Assembly: GCA_963816345.1 (NCBI GenBank)
Contig: CAWFKI010000005.1
Span: 2,550,053 to 2,614,052, forward strand
From: an uncultured Bacteroidales bacterium
Lineage (GTDB): Bacteria > Bacteroidota > Bacteroidia > Bacteroidales > VadinHA17
Direction of reading: 5' to 3'
DNA length: 64,000 nt
The notes under the pieces are model-generated. The model did not search any database, was not told the DNA's origin, and was given only the letters and a program-made list of their open reading frames with translations. The translations under genes and the position numbers were made by a program. Below, piece by piece: positions 1 through 10,211 of this stretch. The first letter of the stretch is position 1. The number at the start of each line of letters is the position of its first letter.

Positions 1-474
1 ATTGAAATTCAAACCCCTTTTGGCCCAGAATGAAACCCTGTATCTTGTATTGTTCTCAAGTTTAATTCCCCAGTATCCTCCGTTCGCAACACCCACACTC
101 CCCGATGAAACCGATGTAACCTCCAGGTTCATGCAATGCTTCTGATATCTGTTCAGTAAACCGGTTTCAAAAGGAGTGCGGGGGCTTATTTTTCCCCCTG
201 AGGAACCTGTCTTTACGATGATCCAGTTAGCTATCGGATTATTCCACTCCTCAAAGGAAGGATTGTTAATTAGTTGAGCATACAACCCTCCTTCAAACTG
301 GTGGTTAAATTCCTCTACCTGTTGTCCCCTGCAAATTGGAGCAACAATTACCCCGGGACTTGATACATTAACCATACAGGCAGAATTTAAATTTTGTGCC
401 TGGACCATGGCTGCTCTGATAAAGAAGATGATTGTTATTGTCAGGACCAACCTGTTCCTATTCAGAATGCTCAT
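1..474 (-). CDS. GH51-type alpha-L-arabinofuranosidase, N-terminal part only (gene runs off the left edge)
   Basis: Minus-strand reading from ATG at 474 gives MSILNRNRLVLTITIIFFIRAAMVQAQ...VNVSSPGVIVAPICRGQQVEEFNHQFEGGLYAQLINNPSFEEWN. This is colinear with the N-termini of the 664-aa paralogs at 2646-4640 and 6146-8140. It is absent from the ORF track because it is truncated by the window edge. Confidence 0.6.
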   Translation of the reverse strand, partial: MSILNRNRLVLTITIIFFIRAAMVQAQNLNSACMVNVSSPGVIVAPICRGQQVEEFNHQFEGGLYAQLINNPSFEEWNNPIANWIIVKTGSSGGKISPRTPFETGLLNRYQKHCMNLEVTSVSSGSVGVANGGYWGIKLENNTRYRVSFWAKRGLNFN

Positions 475-564
475 AATTTTAAATATTTTCAAATAATTAA
501 AAATGACAACCGGATGCCATATTCTGCCGAAAAAAATTGCTCTTTAAGAGGTTCCGTCTCCCTT

Positions 565-2561
565 TTATTTTAAAATTCCAACTCTTAGCACAGTAACCGA
601 ATAAGCCGGAACCTGATATTTGAAGCTGGTACCGGCAGTAAATGTACCTGCTACCGGAGCTACTTTGGTCGGATTCGCAATGGAATTTTCATCATCCGGA
701 GTTCCGGTTAATGTTAAAGAATGACCCAACCGATCAATTTTTTCAGCTCCTTTGAGAATAATATTTACTGTTTCTGCAGTGCCTTTATTGTTAGCTACTT
801 TCACGAGTACATCATTTTTACCGGACCCAGTATCAACAGATGCGGACCAGTAGCAATTTGACGCATTTTGAGTGAAAGGCAAAACACGGGTTCCCAGATT
901 ATCCGAGAACAGCATTTTTTGCATATAATAGGAAGGGGATGCAAAGCAGGAAATTGCATCATTCCATACAATGCAGGGGCCAAAATTACTATGATTCAAA
1001 AGTCCGCCATAATTCCCATATCCCGTCCACCAGATTCTTTCGGAATTCTTTTCACATCCAAGCATAAAAACCGCATCGCCGAGAGCATCGCCAAAATTAC
1101 CGATTACATCTCCCCCGTTTCCGTGGATTGAGGAGGCATACTCGGCAACACAGATTTTTTTACAGGCAGGATCAATGGTGTCATATTTGTTGTATAAAAC
1201 TGACAGATCTTTCAAATAAAAATGTTCATCAACGAAATCAACCGGATTTCCAAAAGTATGCGAAATTACATTGTCCTGACGAAATCCATTATACATAATT
1301 TTTATATCCGGATAGTGAGCCAGTATTGAGTCATGGATCATGGCATACCTTGGTTTATACTCTTCGGCTGTCTCCCATCCGTTTTCATTGCCAATTTCAA
1401 TATATTTGAGATTATATGGTGCAGGGTGACCGTTGGCAGCCCGCTTAGCTCCCCACACTGTAGAAACTGATCCGTTGCAATACTCCACTAAATCCAATAT
1501 ATCTCTGATTATCGGCTGCATTTTATTAAGGGGGCAAATACCAAACAAGCGGATTGTGCGGTGTTTCACTGATTCCTGATGAAGTGACATAAACCGCCTC
1601 AGCTCCCAGATCCTCACATAATTGTAAATACTCATCCATTCCAAAATAGAGGTCGTTTTTATAATCCCAGTTATTTCTCGTGGAACCTGGCCTTTCTTCC
1701 AGCGGACCGATCGAATTCTTCCAGTTCCAGCAAGTGTCCATGCTGCATGATTCAGCTGTACATCCGCCCGGGAATTGAATATATTTTAGTTTCAGAGCAT
1801 GCCAGCTTTTCCCCTAAATCAGGCCGAAGACCATTCGGGCGATCCTTCCAGGTTGGAGGCATTACAGTAACTACGTCAAAGAAAACATCACCTGTCGCAG
1901 ATGCATATATTACAAAACGATTGTTCCCGGTAATATCTGATATGCCGCCTGGGATAAGATCACATGTAAAATGCTGCCAGGCTGTGGCTGGTTTAAAATC
2001 TGCCGATTACGCGTAAACCTTACCGTCATTGCTTTCCAGTTTTGCCTTAAGAGTACCATTGAAATTTGAACCTCTCTTAGCCCAGAAAGAAACTTTGTAG
2101 GTGGTATTGTTCTTCAATCCAATCCCCCAATAACCTCCGTTGGCCAGACCTACATCCCCTGAAGCCACAGAGGTTACTTTAAGGTTAATGCAGTGCTTTT
2201 GAAACTTGTTCAGCATGCCTGTCTCTGCAGAAGTCTGAGAGGACAAATTTCCATTTGAGGATCCTGATTTTACCAGAGACCATTCAGCTATCGGGTTTTT
2301 CAGCTCCTCAAATGAAGGATTGTTTATTAATTGAGCGTAGAGGCCACCTTCAAACTGGTGGTTGAATTCCTCTAGCTGCTGACCTCTGCAAATATCAGCA
2401 ACTAAAGCGCCGGGTCTGGAAAGCTCAACAGTAAATGTCGGCCCGGTATTTTGAGCACATGACATTATAGTTGCAACCAAAATTACAATTGTTGCCGGAA
2501 TCAGCAATTGTCTAAAAATAAATCCGTTAACTTGTTTCATTTTCAATGGTTTTAAAATCAT
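565..2561 (-). pseudogene. Decayed GH51-type alpha-L-arabinofuranosidase paralog (one nonsense codon plus two frame changes)
   Basis: Fragments 2561-2007, 1741-1526 and 1644-565 together align end-to-end with the intact paralog at 6146-8140. TAA at 2007-2009 sits where the paralog has CAA (7589-7591; ...VYA*SAD vs ...VYAQSAD). Frame changes lie near 1795-1803 and 1531-1541. Confidence 0.85.
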
Positions 2562-2645
2562 TAATAATATTTTGATTATTGACGGTAAATTCTTAAAATA
2601 AAAGTCAAAATGGCAACTTTAACCATGAATGATAACTGTTGGTTT

Positions 2646-4640
2646 CTACTTTAATAAACTAATTCTCAGGACTGTCATCGAACGAGCCGGAAAGGTGTAG
2701 GTAAAGTCATTACTTGTCCTGAAGGTTCCTTCCTTTGGGAAAACATTTACAGGATTCGTAATTGAATTGACTGCGTCATTTGCAGCGGTAATCATTATAT
2801 AATGTCCGTCAGAATTGACATTAGATTCACCTTTAAGTATTATATGAACAGCTTCTGAACTGTCAGCTTTATTAACCGCTTTAATCAGGATAACATTTTT
2901 ACCGTCAGATTCGTCAACAGAGGTGGATAAGTAAGTTTTTTTTGCATTGGAAGTAAATGGCAATATCCGGGTTCCATGGTTATTCCCGAATAGAGTTGTA
3001 TGCATATAATATCCTGGATTACCATAACAGGATACCGCATCAAACCAGAGTAAATTACAGCCAAAATCACCATGGCCTACAATTGATCCAAAATTACCAT
3101 AGCCTGTCCACGACATCCTTTCAGAATTTTTCTCACAGCCCAGCATGAAGATACCATCGGCTAGCGCATCGCTGAAGTCAGCGTCTACATTTGCTGCCAT
3201 TCCTTTATGCGATGAACAATACTCCTGTATCATAAACCTGCTTATGCCGGGGTCGCAATTGGCGGAATCATAAAAGTTATACCTTCCTGAATTGTCATTG
3301 CTGAGAAAATGGTCATCAACAGCCCAGAAGGATTGCCCCTCCGGATGTGAAACTTCGCCATAAAAATGACCATTAAAAGCTATCTTCATATCAGGATAGT
3401 ACTTTATTATAGTATCATGAATAATCCGGTAACGCTGAGCATACGCAGCTGAATCATTAGCCCTGTGATTATTTTCAGCTCCTATCTGAACATACCGTAG
3501 ATTATATGGAGCCGGATGACCATTTTTTGCACGGACTGCGCCCCATTTGGTAGAGACAGCTCCATTGCAATACTCTAAAAAATCCAGGCAATCATCTGTT
3601 ACTATCGACATTGAATCGAGAGGAGTATAAATTATCGGTAGTTTTGTACAATCATCACTGAATATTCCGGCTGTAAACACATACATTGGCTCAGCACCCA
3701 AATCGGTAGCCAGCTGAAAAAACTCATCCGTACCAAAATAGAGGTCGTTTTTATAACCCCAGCAGTAAGAGGTGGACCCGCCTCTTTCTTCTAAAGGACC
3801 AATAGATTCTTTCCATCTCCTGCAATAATTATAATTTGCCCAATGAGCATCGAATCCGCCGGGGTATGCCAAAAATGCCAGATGCATACTATCAAGCTTT
3901 TTCGCAATATCAATTCTGCATCCGTGATCCTTCCAGGTAGGCGGCATTACAGTGACCACATCAAAATAAACATCACCTGGTGCGGAGGCATAAATCAAGA
4001 ATCTGTTGTTCCCCGAAACAGATTTAATTCCGCTGGTAACAAGATCACATGTATAATTTGCCCAGCCTGACGTTGGAGTAAAGCTTCGGGAAGCATAGGC
4101 AGTACCATCACTGCTTTCAAGTTTTGTAGTAAGGGTACCGGAGAAGTTTGAACCTTTTTTAGCCCAGAAAGAAACTTTATAAGTTGTGTTATTTTCTAAT
4201 TTCATACCCCAGAATCCATCATTTTTTATTCCGACGCTTCCCGAAGCAACCGAAATGACTGATAACTTGATACAATGAACCTGATGACTGTTCAGCATAG
4301 CTGTATTGACTGAAGTTTGTCCCGATATACTACCCGATGAAGAGCCTGGCGTTACAATACCCCAATACTTGTCGGGAAAGGGAGCACCCCATGCATCGAC
4401 TACCTCTTCAAATGAAGGATTGTTAATCATCTGGGCATATAACCCTCCCTCTATTCCATGATTAAATTCTTCCAGTTCCTGACCTCTGCAAATAGGAGCG
4501 ACTGGAGCTCCCGGCTTCGAAACATTAACAAAGCATCTTGATGTAATAGTTCTTTTACATGCCATAAATGTCACAAGACAAATACCGACTAGTATTACCA
4601 AACCCCATGCGGCTCGTAAAATAATTTTTAGAGTTCTCAT
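2646..4640 (-). CDS. GH51-type alpha-L-arabinofuranosidase with N-terminal CBM4/9-like domain, secreted
   Basis: 664-aa ORF with a signal peptide. Motifs: GGLYAQMINNPSFEE, YVQIGAENN (the GNE acid/base position reads AEN here), IQEYCSS (nucleophile context). C-terminal beta-sandwich region shared with the paralogs. Confidence 0.7.
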   Translation of the reverse strand: MRTLKIILRAAWGLVILVGICLVTFMACKRTITSRCFVNVSKPGAPVAPICRGQELEEFNHGIEGGLYAQMINNPSFEEVVDAWGAPFPDKYWGIVTPGSSSGSISGQTSVNTAMLNSHQVHCIKLSVISVASGSVGIKNDGFWGMKLENNTTYKVSFWAKKGSNFSGTLTTKLESSDGTAYASRSFTPTSGWANYTCDLVTSGIKSVSGNNRFLIYASAPGDVYFDVVTVMPPTWKDHGCRIDIAKKLDSMHLAFLAYPGGFDAHWANYNYCRRWKESIGPLEERGGSTSYCWGYKNDLYFGTDEFFQLATDLGAEPMYVFTAGIFSDDCTKLPIIYTPLDSMSIVTDDCLDFLEYCNGAVSTKWGAVRAKNGHPAPYNLRYVQIGAENNHRANDSAAYAQRYRIIHDTIIKYYPDMKIAFNGHFYGEVSHPEGQSFWAVDDHFLSNDNSGRYNFYDSANCDPGISRFMIQEYCSSHKGMAANVDADFSDALADGIFMLGCEKNSERMSWTGYGNFGSIVGHGDFGCNLLWFDAVSCYGNPGYYMHTTLFGNNHGTRILPFTSNAKKTYLSTSVDESDGKNVILIKAVNKADSSEAVHIILKGESNVNSDGHYIMITAANDAVNSITNPVNVFPKEGTFRTSNDFTYTFPARSMTVLRISLLK

Positions 4641-4775
4641 TTGTATGTTATTCTTTTATGAATAATCTACCCTGTCTGTTTGCCTGTGGTTCAGTGTTAA
4701 TATTATCCTTTCTTTCGAATTCATATTTAAACAGGATGCAGGTTACAATATCTTAGTTTTTTTTAAGACCGCCTA

Positions 4776-6116
4776 TCAATTGTGCTTCATAAATATTTTC
4801 TCCAACTCCTCCAGACTTTTTCCTTTTGTTTCGGGAAGTTTAAAGATTACAAACAGAAGCAATAAAACACACATCACATCAAAAATCAGGAAGGCAACAC
4901 CACCGCCAAGCCTGTTTAAGATGACAGGGAAGGTAAGCGTAACCAGAAAATTTGCAGCCCATAAAGCTACAATAGAGACAGACATAGCCTTGCTTCTTAT
5001 TTTGTTGGGAAAGATCTCTGATACCATCACCCATGTCACAGGTCCTATTGATGCTGCAAACGAAGCCATATAGGTTAGAAAAAAGAAAAGGATGAAGTAA
5101 CCCTGAAGCTTGTTCAGGAAATATGCAATGGCTACCATGGTAAGCGATACTGCCATTCCTATGGTTCCCCAAATCATTAGAGGTTTTCGCCCCCAACGGT
5201 CAATCCATCTTATGGCAACAAGTGTGAACAGAAAGAGTACTCCCCCAAGAATAGCCGTCTGGATGAGTGCAGAATCTATACCATTGCCCAGATTCCTGAA
5301 GATCATAGGTGCATAATACATGATAGCGTTGATACCAGTGACCTGCTGAAAAACGGCCAGCAAGATCCCTACCCAGAGTATATATCTCATTCTCTTTGAA
5401 AATACTTCCCTGTAGCTCGTAGGTTCCTCAGAAGCAATGGAGGCTTCAATAGCTGCAAGTTCAGTGGCTGCTGTCCCGGCACCATTGATTCGCTTTAAAA
5501 TTTTAAATGATTCATCCCTCCGGTTATTCTGCATCAGCCATCGTGGGCTTTCAGGAACAAATATCAGTGAAACAAAGAAAATAAAGGCCGGAACTGCCAT
5601 TACGGCAAGCATCCATCTCCAGTTTTGCTCACCGGTACCGGAAAGAAGATAATTGGAAAAGTAGGCAACCAGATCTCCGGTTACAATAGCAAGCTGGTTG
5701 AGCGAAACCAGCGATCCCCGTTTTTCGGCAGGCGCTATTTCGGAAATGTACATGGGTGACAGCATTGAGGCGGCACCAACTGCTATACCTCCAAAAAAGC
5801 GACATGAGATAAATATTCCAAGATGAGTCGATAGTGCTGACCCGATGGCCGAGATAACAAATAGTAATGCTGATGCCAAGAGCATTTTTCTTCGTCCGAA
5901 TATATCCCCTGGTTTGCCGGACAAAATAACACCGATTATACAGCCAATTAAAAGGCTGCTTACGGTCCATCCCAGAGCGATGTCGTTGAGTTGAAAATAA
6001 GGCTGAATGAAGGGAGTTACCCCTGATATTACAGCCTCATCGAAGCCGAAAAGCAATCCTCCAAGTGTTGCCACTATTGTGACCAAAATTAAAAACCGGG
6101 AATCTTTTTCTTTCAT
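4776..6116 (-). CDS. MFS sugar porter (sugar:H+ symporter, XylE/AraE-like)
   Basis: 446 aa with about 12 hydrophobic segments. Sugar-porter signatures GRRKMLL, PESPRWL and PETKGKSLEELE. Confidence 0.85.
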   Translation of the reverse strand: MKEKDSRFLILVTIVATLGGLLFGFDEAVISGVTPFIQPYFQLNDIALGWTVSSLLIGCIIGVILSGKPGDIFGRRKMLLASALLFVISAIGSALSTHLGIFISCRFFGGIAVGAASMLSPMYISEIAPAEKRGSLVSLNQLAIVTGDLVAYFSNYLLSGTGEQNWRWMLAVMAVPAFIFFVSLIFVPESPRWLMQNNRRDESFKILKRINGAGTAATELAAIEASIASEEPTSYREVFSKRMRYILWVGILLAVFQQVTGINAIMYYAPMIFRNLGNGIDSALIQTAILGGVLFLFTLVAIRWIDRWGRKPLMIWGTIGMAVSLTMVAIAYFLNKLQGYFILFFFLTYMASFAASIGPVTWVMVSEIFPNKIRSKAMSVSIVALWAANFLVTLTFPVILNRLGGGVAFLIFDVMCVLLLLFVIFKLPETKGKSLEELEKIFMKHN

Positions 6117-6145
6117 ATTGAGAGAATTGATAAATGGCTTTGTAT

Positions 6146-8140
6146 TTATTTCGGTATTGAAATCCTGATCCTCAGGACGGTAACCGACCAGGCTTGAAAA
6201 TCGTACTTAAATGTTGTTCCTGAAGTAAAGGTACCAGCTACAGGAACTATTTTAGTTGGATTAGCAATGGAATTTTCGTCTTCAGGGACTCCTGTTATGG
6301 TAGTGGAGTGACCGTCAGGATCAACTGCTTCAGCACCTTTCAGAGTAATATCAACAGATTCGGTGGTAGCTGATTTGTTTACAACCTTAAGGAGAATGTC
6401 GTTTTTACCAGAGGCGTCATCAATTGATGCAGACCAGTAACAATTTGTCGTATTCTGTGTGAATGGCAATATACGGGTTCCCTGATTATCCGTGAATAAC
6501 ATCTTTTGCATATAATATGAAGGTGTTGCAAAACATGATACAGCATCATTCCATACAATACAGGGTCCGAAATTGCTATGATTCACATAACCGGCATAAT
6601 TTCCATATCCGGTCCACCAGAGTCGTTCAGAATTCTTTTCACAGCCAAGCATAAAAGCGGCATCTCCGAGTCCATCTCCAAAATTGCCAATCACGTTTCC
6701 ACCGTTTCCTTTAATGGAGGTCGCAAACTCAGCGACACAAATTTTTTTGCAGGACGGATCGATAGTGTCATATTTGCTGTACAAACCTGAAAGATCTTTC
6801 CTGTAGAAGTGTTCATCGGTGAAATCAACCGGATTCCCGGAAGTCCGCGTTCGTTCATTCCCTGAAGTGCCATTATACATGATCCGGATATCAGGATATT
6901 TCGCTTTTATAGCGTTATAAATCAACGGATAACGGGCATTGTACTCAACAGTTGTTCCATAGTTTTCATTGCCAATTTCGACATACTTGAGATTATAGGG
7001 CGCAGGATGTCCGTTTGCTGTCCGCTTAGCTCCCCATTTTGTCGAAGCTGATCCTTTGCAGTACTCAAGCATATCCAAAATATCATCTATAATTGGTTGC
7101 ATTTTATCGAGCGGGCACAGGGCCCACCAGGCGGGATAATTTGGTCTTTCACTGATTCCGGCCGAAGTGACATAAACAGGCTCGGCGTTCAGATCCTCGC
7201 ACAATTGCAAATATTCATCCAGACCAAAATAGAGCTCGTTATTGTACCACCATCGATTCCTTGTGGACCCTGCTCTTTGTTCCAGGGGTCCGACAGAATT
7301 CTTCCAGTTCCAGCACGTATCCATGCTTGCAGACTCAGAAGTACAGCCACCCGGGAATTGGATAAACTTCATTTTCAATGCTGCCAATTTTTCGGCCAGA
7401 TCGGGTCGTAATCCGTTGGGACGATTCTTCCAGGTCGGAGGCATCACTGTGACTACATCAAAATATACATCACCTGTTGAAGAGGCATATATTACAAAAC
7501 GGTTGTTTCCGGTAATACTTGAAACACCTTTTGTTGAGAGGTCACAGGTAAAATGCTGCCAGCTTGTTGTTGGTTTAAAATCAGCTGATTGAGCGTAAAC
7601 TATTCCTTCATTGCTCTCCAGTTTTGCCTTTATTGTACCGCTGTAATTCGAACCTTTCTTAGCCCAGAAAGAGACTTTATATTTTGTGTTGTTTTCAAGT
7701 TTAATACCCCAGTAACCACCATTGGACAGTCCCACGCTGCCTGAAGCCACAGAGGTAACCTTAAGTTTGATACAATGATTTTGATGGTCGTTCAGCATAC
7801 CTGTTTCCCCGGAAGTCTGACCTAATAAGTTGCCCTTTGATGATCCTGGGTTTATCAGAGCCCAATAAGCAGCAGGGGTACTATTAAACTTGGTGTCAAT
7901 CTCTTCAAATGAGGGATTATTAAGAAGCTGGGCATATAGTCCTCCTTCAATCTGGTGGTTAAACTCCTCTATCTGCTGGCCTCTGCAGATATCTGCAACT
8001 GCAGCTCCAGGTTTTGAAATGTCCACAATACAGTTCGTTTGTGCCTGAACTTGAATAACTACTGTACACAAAAAAAATACTGCCGATAAGCACATCCAAA
8101 GTTGTTTTGGTAATCTGCCTGCATTTTCAATTGTTTTCAT
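6146..8140 (-). CDS. GH51-type alpha-L-arabinofuranosidase with N-terminal CBM4/9-like domain, secreted
   Basis: 664-aa ORF with a signal peptide. Motifs: GGLYAQLLNNPSFEE, YVEIGNEN (GNE acid/base motif), CVAEFATS (nucleophile context). It is the closest intact relative of the pseudogene at 565-2561. Confidence 0.75.
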   Translation of the reverse strand: MKTIENAGRLPKQLWMCLSAVFFLCTVVIQVQAQTNCIVDISKPGAAVADICRGQQIEEFNHQIEGGLYAQLLNNPSFEEIDTKFNSTPAAYWALINPGSSKGNLLGQTSGETGMLNDHQNHCIKLKVTSVASGSVGLSNGGYWGIKLENNTKYKVSFWAKKGSNYSGTIKAKLESNEGIVYAQSADFKPTTSWQHFTCDLSTKGVSSITGNNRFVIYASSTGDVYFDVVTVMPPTWKNRPNGLRPDLAEKLAALKMKFIQFPGGCTSESASMDTCWNWKNSVGPLEQRAGSTRNRWWYNNELYFGLDEYLQLCEDLNAEPVYVTSAGISERPNYPAWWALCPLDKMQPIIDDILDMLEYCKGSASTKWGAKRTANGHPAPYNLKYVEIGNENYGTTVEYNARYPLIYNAIKAKYPDIRIMYNGTSGNERTRTSGNPVDFTDEHFYRKDLSGLYSKYDTIDPSCKKICVAEFATSIKGNGGNVIGNFGDGLGDAAFMLGCEKNSERLWWTGYGNYAGYVNHSNFGPCIVWNDAVSCFATPSYYMQKMLFTDNQGTRILPFTQNTTNCYWSASIDDASGKNDILLKVVNKSATTESVDITLKGAEAVDPDGHSTTITGVPEDENSIANPTKIVPVAGTFTSGTTFKYDFQAWSVTVLRIRISIPK

Positions 8141-8222
8141 AACTTAAAAAGTTTATTGTTACATTTTTTACTTCAAAATTCATTAATTCACCAAAGTCTC
8201 CGATCTGACGGGCAACTATGGA

Positions 8223-9239
8223 TTACATCTTTCGAATCTTAATTTCAAAAGCCCTTTGTGGGTTGACGACTAATAGCTGATTAAGTTCATCATTTGAGAA
8301 TTTCTCCTGTCGTAACATTGGAATAAGCTTCTCAAAAAGTACAGAATAACCTCTGTATTCTCCCCCATTAATTTTTTCAGGGTCGTACCATCCGGCATCG
8401 TGTGATAACAGAACTTTGTTTAACAAACTGTTTTCTCTCATATTCTTAATCAACCTGATATAATCCTGAATATTGTTATTGTTTAATCCATCAAAACCTA
8501 TCCATGCACCTAATCGGGCTGCTTTTATATGGTTTGCCGGATTTTTTTCATTTTGGGCATGAACCCAGATAAAAGCTTCAGGAGATACTCCCTCGTTTTG
8601 AAGAATGGCTATCTGCTCAAATGCAGGAATTGCAGGTCCTGTATGGGAGGCAATTACCAATCCGGTCTTTAAATGTGTCATGGCAGCTGCAGTAATCAGC
8701 TTTCTGTGCATTTCCGATAAGCTACCGCTATCGACTCCAATTTTAATGAATCCTGGCTTTATGCCTGTAGCATCTATTCCATTTTCCCATTCAGTTATCC
8801 ATCTACCGGCAAGTTGCTCAGTGGTTTCATGAAAAGCATAGCCGGGAATGAATTTGTTATTATTGGCACCATAATACCCTGTATTGGTAATAATATTCAG
8901 TCCGGAAGAATCAGAAAGAGTTTTAAGAAGAAGTGGATCCCTTCCAAGAAATGCAGGAGTGCAATCGACCAAAGTCTGACTACCTAAATCCTTTATCTTT
9001 TTCAGGTGGGGCAAAGATTTTTCAATGACCTTTAACCGATCCCATCTATTAGCATTTATCAAATCTGCCCCTATGAAATCGACAAGTATATGCTCATGAA
9101 TTAGTGATATTCCCATTTTTTCAACGGGAATAGGTCCATTCACTGTCATAATAATTCCTGCCTCCCGGTCAGTTTCAGATTGACAGGCCACGATGGAAAC
9201 CGGGAAAAATACAAGTAGCAGTTTAATAAAAATTTTCAC
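8223..9239 (-). CDS. Phosphotriesterase-family (PTE/PLL, amidohydrolase superfamily) lipoprotein, possible lactonase
   Basis: 338 aa with a lipobox-like N-terminus (...PVSIVAC). The metal-ligand pattern of the PTE family looks intact: HEHI, FIKIGVD (Lys), SHTG, WVHAQ, SHDAGW. Confidence 0.75.
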   Translation of the reverse strand: MKIFIKLLLVFFPVSIVACQSETDREAGIIMTVNGPIPVEKMGISLIHEHILVDFIGADLINANRWDRLKVIEKSLPHLKKIKDLGSQTLVDCTPAFLGRDPLLLKTLSDSSGLNIITNTGYYGANNNKFIPGYAFHETTEQLAGRWITEWENGIDATGIKPGFIKIGVDSGSLSEMHRKLITAAAMTHLKTGLVIASHTGPAIPAFEQIAILQNEGVSPEAFIWVHAQNEKNPANHIKAARLGAWIGFDGLNNNNIQDYIRLIKNMRENSLLNKVLLSHDAGWYDPEKINGGEYRGYSVLFEKLIPMLRQEKFSNDELNQLLVVNPQRAFEIKIRKM

Positions 9240-9248
9240 AGGCTCGTT

Positions 9249-10124
9249 TTAATTAAAATATGACTTGTAGATCTCAGGTACGTTATTGATCTTCCTTATC
9301 TCAATGTCTTTATAAAAAACCTCAGCAGCTTCACTTTGTAATTGAATTCTTCCTTTTACGAGAGGTTTAAGAGCATTCCCATCCTTATACACTAATTTTG
9401 AAAGAGCCATAACTACATGGCCATTAACAATGTGGATACTCTTATCTCCAAAGCAAATGAGTTCTAAGCTATTCCACTCACCTGGTTTTTCAAAATCCTC
9501 GCTATGCTGTACAAAACCCGTTCTGGTACCGCCAACACCCATTGGTGTATCTATTCCATCTGGATCATAGACCCCCATATCATTTCTGGCATCAGGATCA
9601 TGCATTTTTACGTGAGCACCTGTGGCTGCACAGCACCAATAATCTCCAAATCCTCCCTCCATAACCTGAAATTCCTGTGATTGCATCCATGAATGCCAAT
9701 AATCTACACCACATTTGCCCTGCGAATGATATAGTATTCCTGAATCCATCGGATCATTTCGTCTTGGTTCCCATTTTTTGGTACCCCATTTCACTTTAAG
9801 TTTAAAATGATAATTCTGAAATTCCTGCTTTGTAAAAACACATCCATATATTTCTCCGCTTATCTTTAAAACAGGTTCATTGTCTTCTATGCTCATTGAT
9901 ATAACATTTGCTTCATTTTTATTATATCCTACAGGTTCAATTTTTTCACCTTTATCATTCACAGGGATCGAACCATCATAACCGTCATGAAATCGATAAC
10001 TCAGGTATATCTCCCATTGATTCAGATTTTTATCCAGTAACATTATCCAGTCATATTCATTGGAAAAAGAAGTGAAAAACAAAAGGAATGTACAAAGAAT
10101 AAAAAACACAATTATTTTTTTCAT
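9249..10124 (-). CDS. DUF1080 (3-keto-disaccharide hydrolase family, PF06439-like) secreted protein
   Basis: Start moved to the internal MKKIIVFFILCTFLLFF signal peptide. The C-terminal motif GRIQLQSEAAEVFYKDIEIRKI is typical of DUF1080 lectin-fold proteins. Confidence 0.65.
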   Translation of the reverse strand: MKKIIVFFILCTFLLFFTSFSNEYDWIMLLDKNLNQWEIYLSYRFHDGYDGSIPVNDKGEKIEPVGYNKNEANVISMSIEDNEPVLKISGEIYGCVFTKQEFQNYHFKLKVKWGTKKWEPRRNDPMDSGILYHSQGKCGVDYWHSWMQSQEFQVMEGGFGDYWCCAATGAHVKMHDPDARNDMGVYDPDGIDTPMGVGGTRTGFVQHSEDFEKPGEWNSLELICFGDKSIHIVNGHVVMALSKLVYKDGNALKPLVKGRIQLQSEAAEVFYKDIEIRKINNVPEIYKSYFN

Positions 10125-10211
10125 CTCAATAAAGCTTTTATTTACAAAATTATTTGGTAGAAAGATCGACGGGAACTTCAATATCTCAACAAAAATTAAT
10201 ATCTGTCTTCA

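Noticed and set aside
2007-2009. Stop-codon readthrough or recoding in the GH51 paralog
   Set aside because: The stop is TAA, and two further frame changes lie downstream in the same gene, so pseudogenisation is the parsimonious reading.
1747-2016. 89-aa plus-strand ORF (and its twin at 7242-7592)
   Set aside because: Both are antisense shadows of the GH51 genes. Their mutual similarity simply mirrors the paralogy of the genes on the minus strand.
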